Part shown: positions 33,726 to 44,495 of the stretch, piece by piece
How positions within the stretch are numbered: position 1 is the first letter of the stretch
Layout: each line of letters begins with the position of its first letter
From: Aulosira sp. ZfuVER01
GTDB taxonomy: Bacteria > Cyanobacteriota > Cyanobacteriia > Cyanobacteriales > Nostocaceae
NCBI GenBank assembly: GCA_034530615.2
Contig: JAVRCV020000040.1
Location: forward strand, 1-64,000
Length of the DNA: 64,000 nt
Reading direction: 5' to 3'
The notes under the pieces: model-generated
What the model was told of the DNA's origin: nothing
Seen by the model: only the letters and a program-made list of their open reading frames with translations
The model's database searches: none
Program-made: the position numbers and the translations under genes

Positions 33726-34799
33726 ATGAAAAAGCTCATCAACAAGCCAGAAGACTTTGTGCGGGAAAGTTTAGAGGGTATGGCGGCGGCTCACACCGAT
33801 CTAATTCAGGTGAGTTACGATCCCACCTTTGTTTATCGAGCCGATGCACCCGTACAAGGGAAAGTAGCAATTATTTCTGGTGGTGGTAGCGGACATGAAC
33901 CGATGCACGCTGGTTTTGTTGGTAGAGGAATGCTTGATGCGGCTTGTCCGGGAGAGGTTTTCACTTCACCTACCCCTGACCAAATGTTCGCAGCTGCCCA
34001 GAAAGTTAATGGTGGTGCAGGTATACTTTATATCATCAAAAACTACAGTGGCGATGTGATGAACTTTGAGATGGCAACAGAGTTAGCTCAAAGTGAAGGT
34101 ATCCGAGTGCTGAATATCTTAATTGATGATGATGTGGCAGTAAAAGACAGCCTGTATACTCAGGGAAGGCGAGGTGTCGGCACAACGGTACTAGCAGAAA
34201 AGATTTGTGGTGCAGCCGCTGAAGCAGGATATGATTTGCGGCAAATAGCAGATTTGTGTCGTCGGGTAAACTTGCATGGGCGGAGTATGGGAATAGCCCT
34301 GACTTCCTGCACAGTACCAGCTAAAGGTACACCAACATTTGCATTAGGCGATCGCGAATTAGAAATTGGTATCGGGATTCACGGTGAACCTGGTAGAGAG
34401 CGCATCGCTTTACAAACAGTAGATGAAATTACTGAGCGTTTGGCGCGATCGATAATTGAAGATACAGGCTATAGCCGTACAGTACGAGAATGGGATGAAA
34501 GCCAAGGAGAATGGGTAGATGTAGAACTGATAGATCCGCCGTTAAAAACAGGCGATCGCTTGCTAGCTTTTGTTAATAGTATGGGTGGTACTCCCATTTC
34601 GGAACTGTATCTTGTCTATCGCAAACTAGCACAAATATGCGAACAGCAGGGATTGCAAATTGTTCGCAATCTCATTGGCCCTTACATAACTTCTTTGGAT
34701 ATGCAAGGATGCTCCATTACCTTGTTGAAATTAGATGATGAAATGCTCCGGCTATGGGATGCTCCAGTCAAAACCCCAAGCTTGCGTTGGGGTTTTTAA
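33726..34799 (+). CDS. dhaK: Dihydroxyacetone kinase subunit K
   Basis: [34 protein letters not shown]. Confidence 0.96.
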   Translation: MKKLINKPEDFVRESLEGMAAAHTDLIQVSYDPTFVYRADAPVQGKVAIISGGGSGHEPMHAGFVGRGMLDAACPGEVFTSPTPDQMFAAAQKVNGGAGILYIIKNYSGDVMNFEMATELAQSEGIRVLNILIDDDVAVKDSLYTQGRRGVGTTVLAEKICGAAAEAGYDLRQIADLCRRVNLHGRSMGIALTSCTVPAKGTPTFALGDRELEIGIGIHGEPGRERIALQTVDEITERLARSIIEDTGYSRTVREWDESQGEWVDVELIDPPLKTGDRLLAFVNSMGGTPISELYLVYRKLAQICEQQGLQIVRNLIGPYITSLDMQGCSITLLKLDDEMLRLWDAPVKTPSLRWGF

Positions 34800-34809
34800 C
34801 GGTATTTAA

Positions 34810-36834
34810 TTACTTTGGTAGCTTATCAAAACCTGTATATAACAACATAACTACTCCGTTAGCGGTTGATCGGCCTGGAATCTTGTCTCTGGTCATTTTT
34901 CTGGTAGTATTGCCTCTTGTTTCCTCAACCCAGATTTGATAAGTATCTTGATCGAAATATGCCTCAGCAACGCCAATGAAAGAGCAAGAAGAATTCACAA
35001 TCCGAAACAGAGGATCTTTTGGATCTTGCTGTCCTGCTGCATAAATTAAAGCACCGAGAAGTTCAGTTGAGCCACCCTTGATGGTTTCAATTTTTGTTTT
35101 ACCCTGCTCTGTCTTAAAACCAAGAATCCAAAGTTTAGCGCCACTATTAACTATATTAGTCTCAGCACTTCCCTCCGGATTTAGCTGGCGTGCCCAAATG
35201 TATTGATCGGGGTTGAGGAATCTCAGTTTGCCCATGACAGCATCATCAATAAACAGATCCCCTTTTCCTGTGCTTTCTAAGTCAAGGTGAGTGATACTAC
35301 GGTAAACAACAGTGCGATTAGCAACATTTCTCCATTTCACCTTTGAGCCATATTGAATATAGAAGTTTTCAACAATCAAGGTTGGTTGACTGCCGTTTTC
35401 TGCAACTATCTCTCCATTGCCCTCAATCCATCCCTCAGTTCCGGTAAATCTTCGCACTTTACTTCTGAGTCGCAGAGATCCATTAATTGTAAAGTTTCCA
35501 GTTTGTGGCACAAATACTGTAGTTGCACCAGAATCTATGGCGGCTTGGAAAGCAGCTGTATCATCTTCTCGATCGTTGGGTTTTGCACCAAACTTCTCTA
35601 CGCTGACCCAGGTTTTTGGGTTATCCCAACCTAGCTTAGGAAATTGCTTAATCGGCAGTTGCAGCGATGCCTTCTGCAATCTCTTTGATGTCTGCTTTGG
35701 TGAAGGAAATGCAGAAACAATAGGGTGAGAAGTAAATTCATTAATTACAGCGTTGTTGATAATCTTCGTAGCATCTCGCACTTTACTGAAAAGAACGTTT
35801 TTGTAGCCGGAAGATACTACATTTCGGGCATATATAAACCCAGCAGAAGTAATTGCTGAGAGAGTTTTTGCTTTGCCACGACCGATGAGTTTGGCATTCA
35901 ACAGCGTTAACGTACTTCCAGGATCGAGGCCTTCATAAGGATTTGTGCCATTGATAATTGCTGGCACAGAATTAAAACTACTGAAACCCTCAAGACTCAT
36001 GACTTGGCCGCCATTGTAGATACCTGCTTTTTTTTGATCGCGGACTGTAATGTTCTGCAACGTCACGCCGTTAATACCGTTGTTTGTCAGTATCCCGTTA
36101 TCGAATCCGATAATCTCAACATCTTCCACTAGCAAGGGGCCAACTTCACCATGAGTCAGTGCTAGACCAGTTGTCCCCTGTCTATCAGCAGAGATGATTT
36201 TAACGCTGCGTACTGCTCCTTGATTATTAGCAGCAAAATTTAGCCCTTCTGCTCCAGGATTACTCTTCCCAATATTAATAGTGAGATTCCTGACTGAATT
36301 ACCGAAGCGTTGCGCTACCAGACTCGCCTTGAAATCTTCAGATTTGGGATTGATATCTGGGTCAAATCCTGTCGAGATAACTGGTCTAGGCTGCTTGGGG
36401 TTTTGAAATTTAGGAGACTTATCCTGGAGTTGAATAATTACACCGTCTTTACTTTCTCCTTGCAAAATAGTTCGCTTGTAGTCGGAGCGATAACGCTCAC
36501 CTGTTGGCCAATGTAGAGAGTTAGAGACGTTATACACACCATTGGGTAGATAGATAAATCGTCCCCCACCGGGAGACTTACTCAGCGCTTTTTGGATAGC
36601 CTCAGTATCATCCTGACCATCATTGGGTATAGCCCCATATTCTGGGGAGGTTACATTAATGACACTAGAATTCTGCGGATAAATGATTTCCTCTGGAGGT
36701 TTTGCACTGGCAGCACCAAGAGCGACAATCTGATTTTCACTATTTTTGTTAGGGTCAACGCAAGTAGTAGTTAAGAAAGCTATAAAAAATAATAAAGGGA
36801 GTAGTTTAAAGACTAATGCCCGAGGACGAATCAT
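34810..36834 (-). CDS. Putative lipoprotein with two beta-helix (pectate_lyase_3/GH55-like) repeats
   Basis: Signal peptide ending in Cys (FLTTTC); YGAIPNDGQDDTEAIQKAL..IYLPNGVY and FGAKPNDREDDTAAFQAAI. Confidence 0.8.
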   Translation of the reverse strand: MIRPRALVFKLLPLLFFIAFLTTTCVDPNKNSENQIVALGAASAKPPEEIIYPQNSSVINVTSPEYGAIPNDGQDDTEAIQKALSKSPGGGRFIYLPNGVYNVSNSLHWPTGERYRSDYKRTILQGESKDGVIIQLQDKSPKFQNPKQPRPVISTGFDPDINPKSEDFKASLVAQRFGNSVRNLTINIGKSNPGAEGLNFAANNQGAVRSVKIISADRQGTTGLALTHGEVGPLLVEDVEIIGFDNGILTNNGINGVTLQNITVRDQKKAGIYNGGQVMSLEGFSSFNSVPAIINGTNPYEGLDPGSTLTLLNAKLIGRGKAKTLSAITSAGFIYARNVVSSGYKNVLFSKVRDATKIINNAVINEFTSHPIVSAFPSPKQTSKRLQKASLQLPIKQFPKLGWDNPKTWVSVEKFGAKPNDREDDTAAFQAAIDSGATTVFVPQTGNFTINGSLRLRSKVRRFTGTEGWIEGNGEIVAENGSQPTLIVENFYIQYGSKVKWRNVANRTVVYRSITHLDLESTGKGDLFIDDAVMGKLRFLNPDQYIWARQLNPEGSAETNIVNSGAKLWILGFKTEQGKTKIETIKGGSTELLGALIYAAGQQDPKDPLFRIVNSSCSFIGVAEAYFDQDTYQIWVEETRGNTTRKMTRDKIPGRSTANGVVMLLYTGFDKLPK

Positions 36835-36962
36835 AAATACATATTCCCTTGGCTAATTTATACTTCCTACTCTTACATGAACTAAACAATCGTAACCGTA
36901 AAAATTCGGATATATTGCTACGATACCTTGGCCAATATTACCAAACTTAAAAGGGGTTGCAG

Positions 36963-37592
36963 ATGGTAAGTAGAGAGCAGATTTTGCAATGGTTACAAGA
37001 ATTTGCCACCGAACTTGCGCAGCATAAAGAATATTTGACTGAATTAGATGCAGCCATCGGTGATGCTGACCACGGTATTAATATGGATCGCGGTTTCAAA
37101 AAGGTGATTAGTCAGTTACCAAATTTTGCAGACAAGGACATTAGCAGCATTTTAAAAGCAGTCAGTATGACCTTGATTTCTAGTATTGGCGGTGCAAGTG
37201 GCCCTCTTTATGGCACGTGGTTTTTGCGAGCCAGTACAGATACTGTTGGCAAGCAAGAACTGACTGAGCAAGATTTATTGGGATTGCTTCAATCTGGTTT
37301 AAACGGTGTGCTTCAGCGTGGTAAAGCCCAGCTGGGAGATAAGACAATGGTGGATGTCCTATCTCCAGCAGTAGTGGCTTTTGAACAAGCTGTGAGTGGG
37401 AGTGAAGGCACCGTGACAGCTTTGCAGCAAGCAGTAGCCGCTGCCGAACAGGGGATGAAAGATACAACGCCAATGTTAGCGAAGAAGGGACGGGCTAGCT
37501 ATTTGGGAGAACGCAGTATCGGACATCAAGATCCAGGGGCTACTTCTGCTTATTTGATGTTGAAATGTTTGTTGGCGGTAGTGCGAGGTTAA
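36963..37592 (+). CDS. dhaL: Dihydroxyacetone kinase subunit L
   Basis: LDAAIGDADHG, GGASGPLYG, GDKTMVD, KGRASYLGERS, DPGA. Confidence 0.96.
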   Translation: MVSREQILQWLQEFATELAQHKEYLTELDAAIGDADHGINMDRGFKKVISQLPNFADKDISSILKAVSMTLISSIGGASGPLYGTWFLRASTDTVGKQELTEQDLLGLLQSGLNGVLQRGKAQLGDKTMVDVLSPAVVAFEQAVSGSEGTVTALQQAVAAAEQGMKDTTPMLAKKGRASYLGERSIGHQDPGATSAYLMLKCLLAVVRG

Positions 37593-37606
37593 AGAGTCAC
37601 GTCGCT

Positions 37607-37717
37607 TCTCCTGCAGAGACGCTACGCGAACGCTCCGAATTCAAAATTCAAAATTAACAATCCCCTTCCCTTGTCCAACGATGGAAATTTTGCAGAGACG
37701 TTAAATCTAACGTCTCT
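37607..37717. repeat. Small dispersed repeat, (TTCAAAA)n and REP-like palindrome between convergent genes
   Basis: TCTCCTGCAGAGACGCTACGCGAACG; AGAGACGTTA..TAACGTCTCT at 37694-37717. Confidence 0.6.
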
Positions 37718-37723
37718 TGTTGA

Positions 37724-38539
37724 TTAACTGAATATCCGGTGTTGCAAAGAGGGCATTTGACGGCGGACTTGTTCTAGGCGTGTAGGTTTGATTTCTGCGA
37801 TCGCAATTCCTGGTTGTTCGCCAGCATCAGCTAAAATCACGCCCCAAGGGTCGATAATCATGGCGTGTCCGTGAGTTTGGCGTCTGGCGTAATGGGTACC
37901 GGTTTGAGCGGGAGCAATGACGTAACAGGTGTTTTCAATGGCTCTGGCTTGTAGTAATGTTTGCCAATGGTCTTTGCCAGTAAAGGCTGTGAAGGCAGCA
38001 GGCACAAAAATTACATCGGCTCCTTTGTCTGCCAGATGTCGGTACAATTCCGGAAAGCGGACATCGTAGCAAATAGAAAGTCCCAAATTTCCTAATTTTT
38101 CTGAGAAATACACAGGCGGGAGTTGGGTTCCAGCCATGACTGTGCTGGATTCTTGATAGGTGTTGCCGTCAGGGACATTAACATCAAATAAATGTACTTT
38201 GTAATAGCGACAAACTTCTTGACCGCTAGGGTCTATGAGTACAGTTGTGTTATAAAATTTGCCTGTGTTTTCTACAAGCACTGGAAAACTACCGCCGAGG
38301 ATGGTAACTTGAAAGCGCTGGGCCATTTTTTTAAGAAATATTTCGCTTTCACGGGCGATCGCCTCTGCTTGAGCGAGTTTGTCTTTTTCTTCTCCCATAA
38401 AAGAAAAGTTTTCTGGCAAACCAACTAATTCAGCACCTCGACCCACGGCAAGTTCAATTAATTCTTCTGCCTGTGCCAAGTTTTTGTATAAATCCGGCAC
38501 ACTCGTTAATTGGATAGCAGCTGCTAAATAAGGCTTCAT
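37724..38539 (-). CDS. Carbon-nitrogen hydrolase, Nit1-like (probable deaminated glutathione amidase)
   Basis: Catalytic triad motifs LPEN, YYKVHLFD, ICYDVRFPE; ARAIEN, GHAMIIDPWG. Confidence 0.88.
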   Translation of the reverse strand: MKPYLAAAIQLTSVPDLYKNLAQAEELIELAVGRGAELVGLPENFSFMGEEKDKLAQAEAIARESEIFLKKMAQRFQVTILGGSFPVLVENTGKFYNTTVLIDPSGQEVCRYYKVHLFDVNVPDGNTYQESSTVMAGTQLPPVYFSEKLGNLGLSICYDVRFPELYRHLADKGADVIFVPAAFTAFTGKDHWQTLLQARAIENTCYVIAPAQTGTHYARRQTHGHAMIIDPWGVILADAGEQPGIAIAEIKPTRLEQVRRQMPSLQHRIFS

Positions 38540-38740
38540 AGATTCGACAACAAACAATGAATTGTGTGAGGTAGATTCTCAAATATATCGTTACTTAAAG
38601 ATCTGTGGAACTCAGTTAGACAAACGTTAGCGTTGCTTTTCTTTAAGAAGCTCATAATCTTTATAGTCTAAGCTCAATCTTCCTATAGGTGATGGGAAAT
38701 TGCGCACCTTTCAAGGTAGGTTGTTATCAAATGTTGATAA

Positions 38741-39346
38741 ATGCTATCTGCTGTGGATACCTCTGCTCTCGTTCAAACATTCATTGCTGTATTTGTCCTA
38801 GCGGATGCTATAGGTAATATACCGATAGTGCTGATTTTAACCAAAGGCATGACCCCAGAAGACAGAAACAAAGTCATCGATAAAGCGATTATCGTTGCGA
38901 TCGCTGTTCTGTTGCTTTTTGTCTTCACTGGGCAAGTAATTTTGACCTATTTGGAAATCAGCATGGCATCTTTGCGAGTAGCTGGGGGGCTGTTATTGTT
39001 GTTAATTTCTTTACAAATGCTACAGGGAGAACTAAATACCCCAATTACAGAGGAAGGACGTGATGTGGCAATTACTCCTTTGGCTTTGCCATTATTAGCT
39101 GGGCCGGGTACTTTAACAACGGTGATGTTATTAACCTCAAAATCGCCCAGTCCCCATATCGGTGTAGTGTTGGGTATTGTGGCCGCAATGTTCATTAGTT
39201 GGTTGATTTTGCGCCTGGGAACCTACATCGACAAATGGATTGGTGCTGAAGGCGGGGTTATTGTGACTCAGCTTTGCGGTTTTCTGTTGGCGGCGCTGGC
39301 GGTGGAAGTGGGTAGTGGGGGAATTCGGGAGTTGTTCTTCAAGTAG
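38741..39346 (+). CDS. MarC-family membrane protein
   Basis: DAIGNIP, LRVAGG, PLALPLLAGPG; several hydrophobic helices. Confidence 0.92.
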   Translation: MLSAVDTSALVQTFIAVFVLADAIGNIPIVLILTKGMTPEDRNKVIDKAIIVAIAVLLLFVFTGQVILTYLEISMASLRVAGGLLLLLISLQMLQGELNTPITEEGRDVAITPLALPLLAGPGTLTTVMLLTSKSPSPHIGVVLGIVAAMFISWLILRLGTYIDKWIGAEGGVIVTQLCGFLLAALAVEVGSGGIRELFFK

Positions 39347-39487
39347 TCAACTTCAAGCCGCGTCCTCGTGTCTTGCTTTGGGTTAGAAAGGGTGACGAAC
39401 CGCCAAGACGCAAAGGACGCAGAGGAAGAGGAACAGTAAGAGAAGACTAGGTAAGCTGGTTAATTTTTCTCTTTGCCTCTCTATCTC

Positions 39488-42400
39488 TCAATTCAGCCCC
39501 AATAGCTGCTTTAAAGATTCTGGTACATTATTTGCTGTCTCCAAACCTTCCACATCTTCCCAATTTGTATGTTCATCCCAGGTAATGTTTTCGAGGTTAG
39601 CACGGCTGAGGTTTGCACTATTTAAATTTGCACCACTGAGGTTAGTGTGGCTGAGGTTGACGCGGATAAGAATTGCGCCGCTGAGGTTAGCACCACTAAG
39701 GTTGGCACGTATGAGATTGGCACTCCTAAGGTATACGTTCCTCAGGTCTGCTCTACTGAGGTCTGGACTAATGAAGTTGGCACCACTGAGGTTTGCATGA
39801 TTGAGGTTTGCTCCCTTGAGATTGGCGCGGATGAGGTTGGCGCGAATAAGGTCTGCACCACTGAGGTTTGCACGGCTGAGGTTTGCTTCGCTAAGATATG
39901 CACGGATGAGCTTTGTACCTTTGAGGTTAGTGTGACTGAGGTTCGCATGAATAAGGTTGGTGCGCGTAAGGTTAGCACCGCTCAAGTCTGCTCCACTTAG
40001 GTTTGCACGGATGAGAATTGTGTAGCTGAGATTGGTGCGGGCGAGGTTAGCACCACTAAGGAATTGCCCTACTACAGTATTAAACTTCCCAATCTCAATG
40101 GAATTACTGTAGTTGATGATGCAAAGCAGTGTGTCTGTGAAACGATTTTTCGCATCCAGTTGACCAGATGGATAGAAATTGATGTCTTGTTTGAGTTCAT
40201 CTTTTCGTTGGGCATAGCGATGCAATTCTAGTAGCAAAATCAGCACATTCAGTCCTGTATATACATTGACTTGACGCTGACCTAACTGAATTCTTTGCTC
40301 TCTTAGTTGCCGCATCTTTTTTTGAGGCAGGTTTTCTGGCGGCGCATCAATAAATTCCCCCTCACACCAACGTACATAGAAATTTTCTAGACGCTTAAAT
40401 AACTGTACTGGTCGAAATTCTTTACTATTAATTAACAAACTTATAAGATATTCAACAATTTCTGGTGTTAGTCCGCCATAGCCAAGTAAATCATAAATTT
40501 CCTCATATAATTGCTTATCATCTGTATTGAAAGTCTTACCCCGCTTACCAGGTTCTGTCCATTCCTCCAACCTTTGTTTTAGCTTCTCTGCACAGAGAAA
40601 TTCTTGAAAAATTTTATGAAAAAACTCAACTCCATTACTACTATTTGACTTGATATAAAAAGCACCTAATGCAGTTTTTAGCGCTTCTTCTCCCAGTTCT
40701 TTCTCGGCTCTTGCAATTAATTCTTTCAGTTCATCATCTTGCTGTAAGCGTGCTTTTACCATCTGCATAGAAGCACTTTCTCCACCGGACTGGACTACAC
40801 ATACTGCTGCTTCTGCTAAAAGTCGCCGTAATGCTTCTGGGTTTTGTCGGGTTAATTCGTAATTTAAATCAGGGTGACGAGAATCGGAGCGTTGTCTGCT
40901 TAATACCCAATCTAGTGCTTGTTCGTAAACTAATATTTTTGCTGTTGTACCAGTAGCTTGCTCAAACTGACTAATATCTAATTTGTCATCTCGATGCATT
41001 GCCACCAACATATACAGTAATAGTGGCTCTTTCGCTAGCTCTTTAACTGGCGCTGGACAACATTTATCGTTTTGTAAGAATTCCTTAAAAGTTGTAGTTT
41101 TATCGGTTGGAAATTGCTGATGCCAGTTGTCAAACCATTGGTTTTGCAAGTCCGAATCCATTTCAGCAATTTCTACTCTTGCCAAGTTTGGTGGTAGACG
41201 ATCAATCCCATGTAAAGCCATTTCTCTACCTGTAATTAATACTTGATGCCCCATTACTTTACTTTCTTCAGCATCATTTTGAAATGTACCAACTTGGCGA
41301 AGAAATCTTTCTACACTTTGGTTATTACTGCGCTCAATTCGTAACTCATCAAAGCCATCTAAAATAAATAAAAATCGAGTATGAGCATCGGTCAGCCAGC
41401 CATCATCGCTTTGAGCAAAATCTGCTTTAACTCTTGAACGTAAAGTTTCTTCTAAGCTGGACTGGAATTCATCGATATCACGAAGGCGAATCAAAATTGG
41501 CGTCCACATGGGATGTAAATACTGCCGTACCCAATCAGCAAACATCCGACAAAAAACACTTTTACCCCTACCTGGGCCCCCTTGAATGAACATTACTTGT
41601 CGTTTTATATGGGGATTATTGTTTAAGAGAATACTTTTAGCCCAGGTTTCTAAATTGAAGGGATTTGTTTGAGTATCAATTTTACCATTTTTATCAACTA
41701 GTCTAGCTTGTGGTGTTACATAAATATCCTTGAAAGAGAAACTTTCGTTAAAAACTTTTTCTTCTGGTTTTGTGGCAATTTGTTCTTCTAAATACTGGTC
41801 AATGCTTACATCTTGTTGAATTGCTTCTATGCCTCCATTTCGGTATAATTCCGCTAATTGCTTAACAGAATCACCAGATGCTGCCAAAGCTTGGAGGAAG
41901 TGAACTTCGATGTTGTGGGCAACTCGCTCAGTTAAAACTTGTGCTTGATTGTAGCTGACTCCTGCCTGTTGTAACCATGCTAATAATAGTTGATTAAGTG
42001 ATTGTCCTAATTGTGAGTCTGGGAATGCGACAATAACTCTTCTAGCTGCTTTTGCATCTAATTCAATTTCACCTAATTGTTTAAGTTGCTTTGTTACAGC
42101 TTCATTATTTGCTTGGGTATTCCAGTTAGCTAATATTTCTTGATATTCAGGTAAAGATAGAATTTCTTTAAAGCTTTCTAAATAAGCGGCTTGACTAATT
42201 ATCGCTACGCATTCTTCTAGGGTTGGTTCATTATGAGTCTTTTCGCGGTAAAATTTCAGGAGTGCGATCGCGATTGGCACAAAAGGCAATGCTGCACCAA
42301 CTAGTTGGATTTCTGGACTACACAATATTTCTATCAGTGAAGACGACTGTTCTAATATAGGTTTTAAATGTTGTAGTTTTTTACCTTGTTCTTCTAGTGT

Positions 42401-42520
42401 TTTTGCACCTTCTAAAACTGCCTTGCTAGACTCTGCAAATGTTTCTACCGTTTCTTGAGAGAATAATTCTCTAGTCCCTGTTTTAAACTTGTGCCAGATT
42501 TGCGATAAGTGCTTTTTCAT
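39488..42520 (-). CDS. NACHT (STAND) NTPase with C-terminal pentapeptide repeats
   Basis: Walker A GGPGRGKS, Walker B FILDGFDE, LITGR, EPLLL, FFHKIFQEFL; about 30 A(D/N)Lxx repeats. Confidence 0.92.
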   Translation of the reverse strand: MKKHLSQIWHKFKTGTRELFSQETVETFAESSKAVLEGAKTLEEQGKKLQHLKPILEQSSSLIEILCSPEIQLVGAALPFVPIAIALLKFYREKTHNEPTLEECVAIISQAAYLESFKEILSLPEYQEILANWNTQANNEAVTKQLKQLGEIELDAKAARRVIVAFPDSQLGQSLNQLLLAWLQQAGVSYNQAQVLTERVAHNIEVHFLQALAASGDSVKQLAELYRNGGIEAIQQDVSIDQYLEEQIATKPEEKVFNESFSFKDIYVTPQARLVDKNGKIDTQTNPFNLETWAKSILLNNNPHIKRQVMFIQGGPGRGKSVFCRMFADWVRQYLHPMWTPILIRLRDIDEFQSSLEETLRSRVKADFAQSDDGWLTDAHTRFLFILDGFDELRIERSNNQSVERFLRQVGTFQNDAEESKVMGHQVLITGREMALHGIDRLPPNLARVEIAEMDSDLQNQWFDNWHQQFPTDKTTTFKEFLQNDKCCPAPVKELAKEPLLLYMLVAMHRDDKLDISQFEQATGTTAKILVYEQALDWVLSRQRSDSRHPDLNYELTRQNPEALRRLLAEAAVCVVQSGGESASMQMVKARLQQDDELKELIARAEKELGEEALKTALGAFYIKSNSSNGVEFFHKIFQEFLCAEKLKQRLEEWTEPGKRGKTFNTDDKQLYEEIYDLLGYGGLTPEIVEYLISLLINSKEFRPVQLFKRLENFYVRWCEGEFIDAPPENLPQKKMRQLREQRIQLGQRQVNVYTGLNVLILLLELHRYAQRKDELKQDINFYPSGQLDAKNRFTDTLLCIINYSNSIEIGKFNTVVGQFLSGANLARTNLSYTILIRANLSGADLSGANLTRTNLIHANLSHTNLKGTKLIRAYLSEANLSRANLSGADLIRANLIRANLKGANLNHANLSGANFISPDLSRADLRNVYLRSANLIRANLSGANLSGAILIRVNLSHTNLSGANLNSANLSRANLENITWDEHTNWEDVEGLETANNVPESLKQLLGLN

Positions 42521-42743
42521 ATTCTGATAAATGTAAAATTACTAGTTATTTAGAGATTAGCTAAACAACACCATGTCCTGGAAATTAAGTAATAATAAAT
42601 CAGTGAGTCTTGCTGTAATGATTAGCTAACCTAAATAGGTGTGCCCAGAAAAATTTGACACGAAGACACAGTGACGAAATGGCGCGAAAAAGTCTATTTT
42701 TTATACTCTCCGCGTCTCTTCAGTCTCTCCATCTCCACTTCTA

Positions 42744-44495
42744 TTAACTCAGTCCTAACTGCTGTTTCAATTTTTCTGGCACATTTACAGCTGTCTCTAA
42801 TCCCCGAACAGTTTCCCATTGCTGTGTTTCACCCCAGGTCATTTGTTCTAGGTTGGCTTCACTAACATCGGCATTGCTCAAAATGGCGTAGCTGAGGTTA
42901 GTGTGGCTGAGATCCGCACCGTTGAGTAAAGCACCGCTGAGGTTACTACCGCTGAGATTGGCTTTGTTGAGGTTGGCATAGCTAAGGTCGGTGCCGAAAA
43001 GCATGGTATCGCTGAGGTCTGCTCCACTGAGGTCTGCTTCACTGAGCATGACTCCACTGAGGTCGGCATCGTTAAGAATCACACCACTCAGGTCTACACC
43101 ACTCAGGTCAGCACCTAAGAACATCGCGCCGTTAAGTTTGGCGTAGTTGAGCTTGGCTCCATTGAGTTTGGCATAGCTGAGGTCGGCGGCAACAAGAATC
43201 GCGTCGCTGAGGTTGGTGCTGAAAAGAATTGTGTCGCTGAGGTTGGTGCCGTTAAGAATAGCACGGCTCAAATCTGCTCCACTGAGGTCAGCGCGGCAGA
43301 GGTCGGCATGGCTGAGGTTAATGCCGATGAGTTTGGCTTCACTGAGGTTGGCACCAAAAAGGATTGCATGACTCAGGTCAGCACCGTTGAGCTTCGCATC
43401 TTTGAGATTGGTGCTGCTGAGGTCGGCACTGCTGAGGTTAGCGTTTTTGAGGTTGGTGCTGCTGAGATCGGCACTGCTGAGATGAGCGCGGCTGAGGTCG
43501 GCGCGGTTAAGACTAGCGCCGCTGAGGTTAGCACTGTTGAAGTCAGCGCGACTGAGGTTGGCATTGTTAAAGTTAGCACCGCTGAGGTTGGCATCCCCAA
43601 AGTTGGCGCTACTGAGATTGGCGTTACTAAAGTTGGCTCCAGTCAGGTTGGCATCTCCTAGGTAAGCACCACTGAGGTTGGCACCGCTAAAGTTTACGCC
43701 TGTTAAGTTGGCGTTACCTAGATAAGCACCCTGAAAGTTACCACCTTTCAAAAATTCTCCGACGATGCTACTAAAATTCCCAATTTCAATGGCATCGCTA
43801 TAATTAATTATTCGTAATAGTTGGGATGTAAAAAAGCTTTCTTTATCCGGTTGACTTGATGGATAAAAGGTAATTAGCTGCTGAAGTTCAGGTTGCCCTT
43901 GAGCGTAGCGGTGTAACTCTAAAAGTAAAATTAAAACATTAAGTCCTGTATATATATCTACTTGTTTCAGTCCGATAGCTATGTTTTGTGCTAAAATATC
44001 TAACATTTTTTTCTGAGGCAAGTTATCACTAGGTGCAGCATCCAGAAATTCACTCTGACACCAGCGGCGATAAAATTCTTCTAGACGTTGGAACAGGAGC
44101 AGTGGATGAAATTTTTTTCCAGCAATTAGCAAGTTCATTACTTGTTCAACTATGTCTGGTGTCAATGCTCCATGACCTAGTACATCGTAAATTTCTTCAT
44201 AAAATTGGCGATACCTCTTGGCTAAATGCTGTGCGTTGGGCGTCACTCCTGGGAGATCTGGCAAACCGTTACCTGGTTTTCCCCATTCCTCTAACCTTTT
44301 TTGCAGCCGTTGGGGTAATAAAGAGTCTTGTAAATTCTCTTGAGAACATCTATGGTTTTTATCTAAATCTTGAGAAGTGTTGTCCCCATGCAAAAATTCT
44401 TCCGCTTCTGGAGATGTTATCTGTGACATCTCTGGTAACTTTGTACCTCTGGCATAATTGCTTAAACGCTTCCAAATTTGCGACAAGTATGACAT
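42744..44495 (-). CDS. Pentapeptide repeat protein homologous to the C-terminal part of the neighbouring NACHT protein
   Basis: Shared NLPQKKM and YTGLNVLILLLELHRYAQ; about 60 pentapeptide repeats; no Walker motifs. Confidence 0.9.
   Translation of the reverse strand: MSYLSQIWKRLSNYARGTKLPEMSQITSPEAEEFLHGDNTSQDLDKNHRCSQENLQDSLLPQRLQKRLEEWGKPGNGLPDLPGVTPNAQHLAKRYRQFYEEIYDVLGHGALTPDIVEQVMNLLIAGKKFHPLLLFQRLEEFYRRWCQSEFLDAAPSDNLPQKKMLDILAQNIAIGLKQVDIYTGLNVLILLLELHRYAQGQPELQQLITFYPSSQPDKESFFTSQLLRIINYSDAIEIGNFSSIVGEFLKGGNFQGAYLGNANLTGVNFSGANLSGAYLGDANLTGANFSNANLSSANFGDANLSGANFNNANLSRADFNSANLSGASLNRADLSRAHLSSADLSSTNLKNANLSSADLSSTNLKDAKLNGADLSHAILFGANLSEAKLIGINLSHADLCRADLSGADLSRAILNGTNLSDTILFSTNLSDAILVAADLSYAKLNGAKLNYAKLNGAMFLGADLSGVDLSGVILNDADLSGVMLSEADLSGADLSDTMLFGTDLSYANLNKANLSGSNLSGALLNGADLSHTNLSYAILSNADVSEANLEQMTWGETQQWETVRGLETAVNVPEKLKQQLGLS

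Noticed and set aside
39585..43661. Repetitive alternative-frame and antisense ORFs in the pentapeptide regions
   Set aside because: Shadows of the 15-bp periodic coding repeats; not CRISPR, since there are no unique spacers
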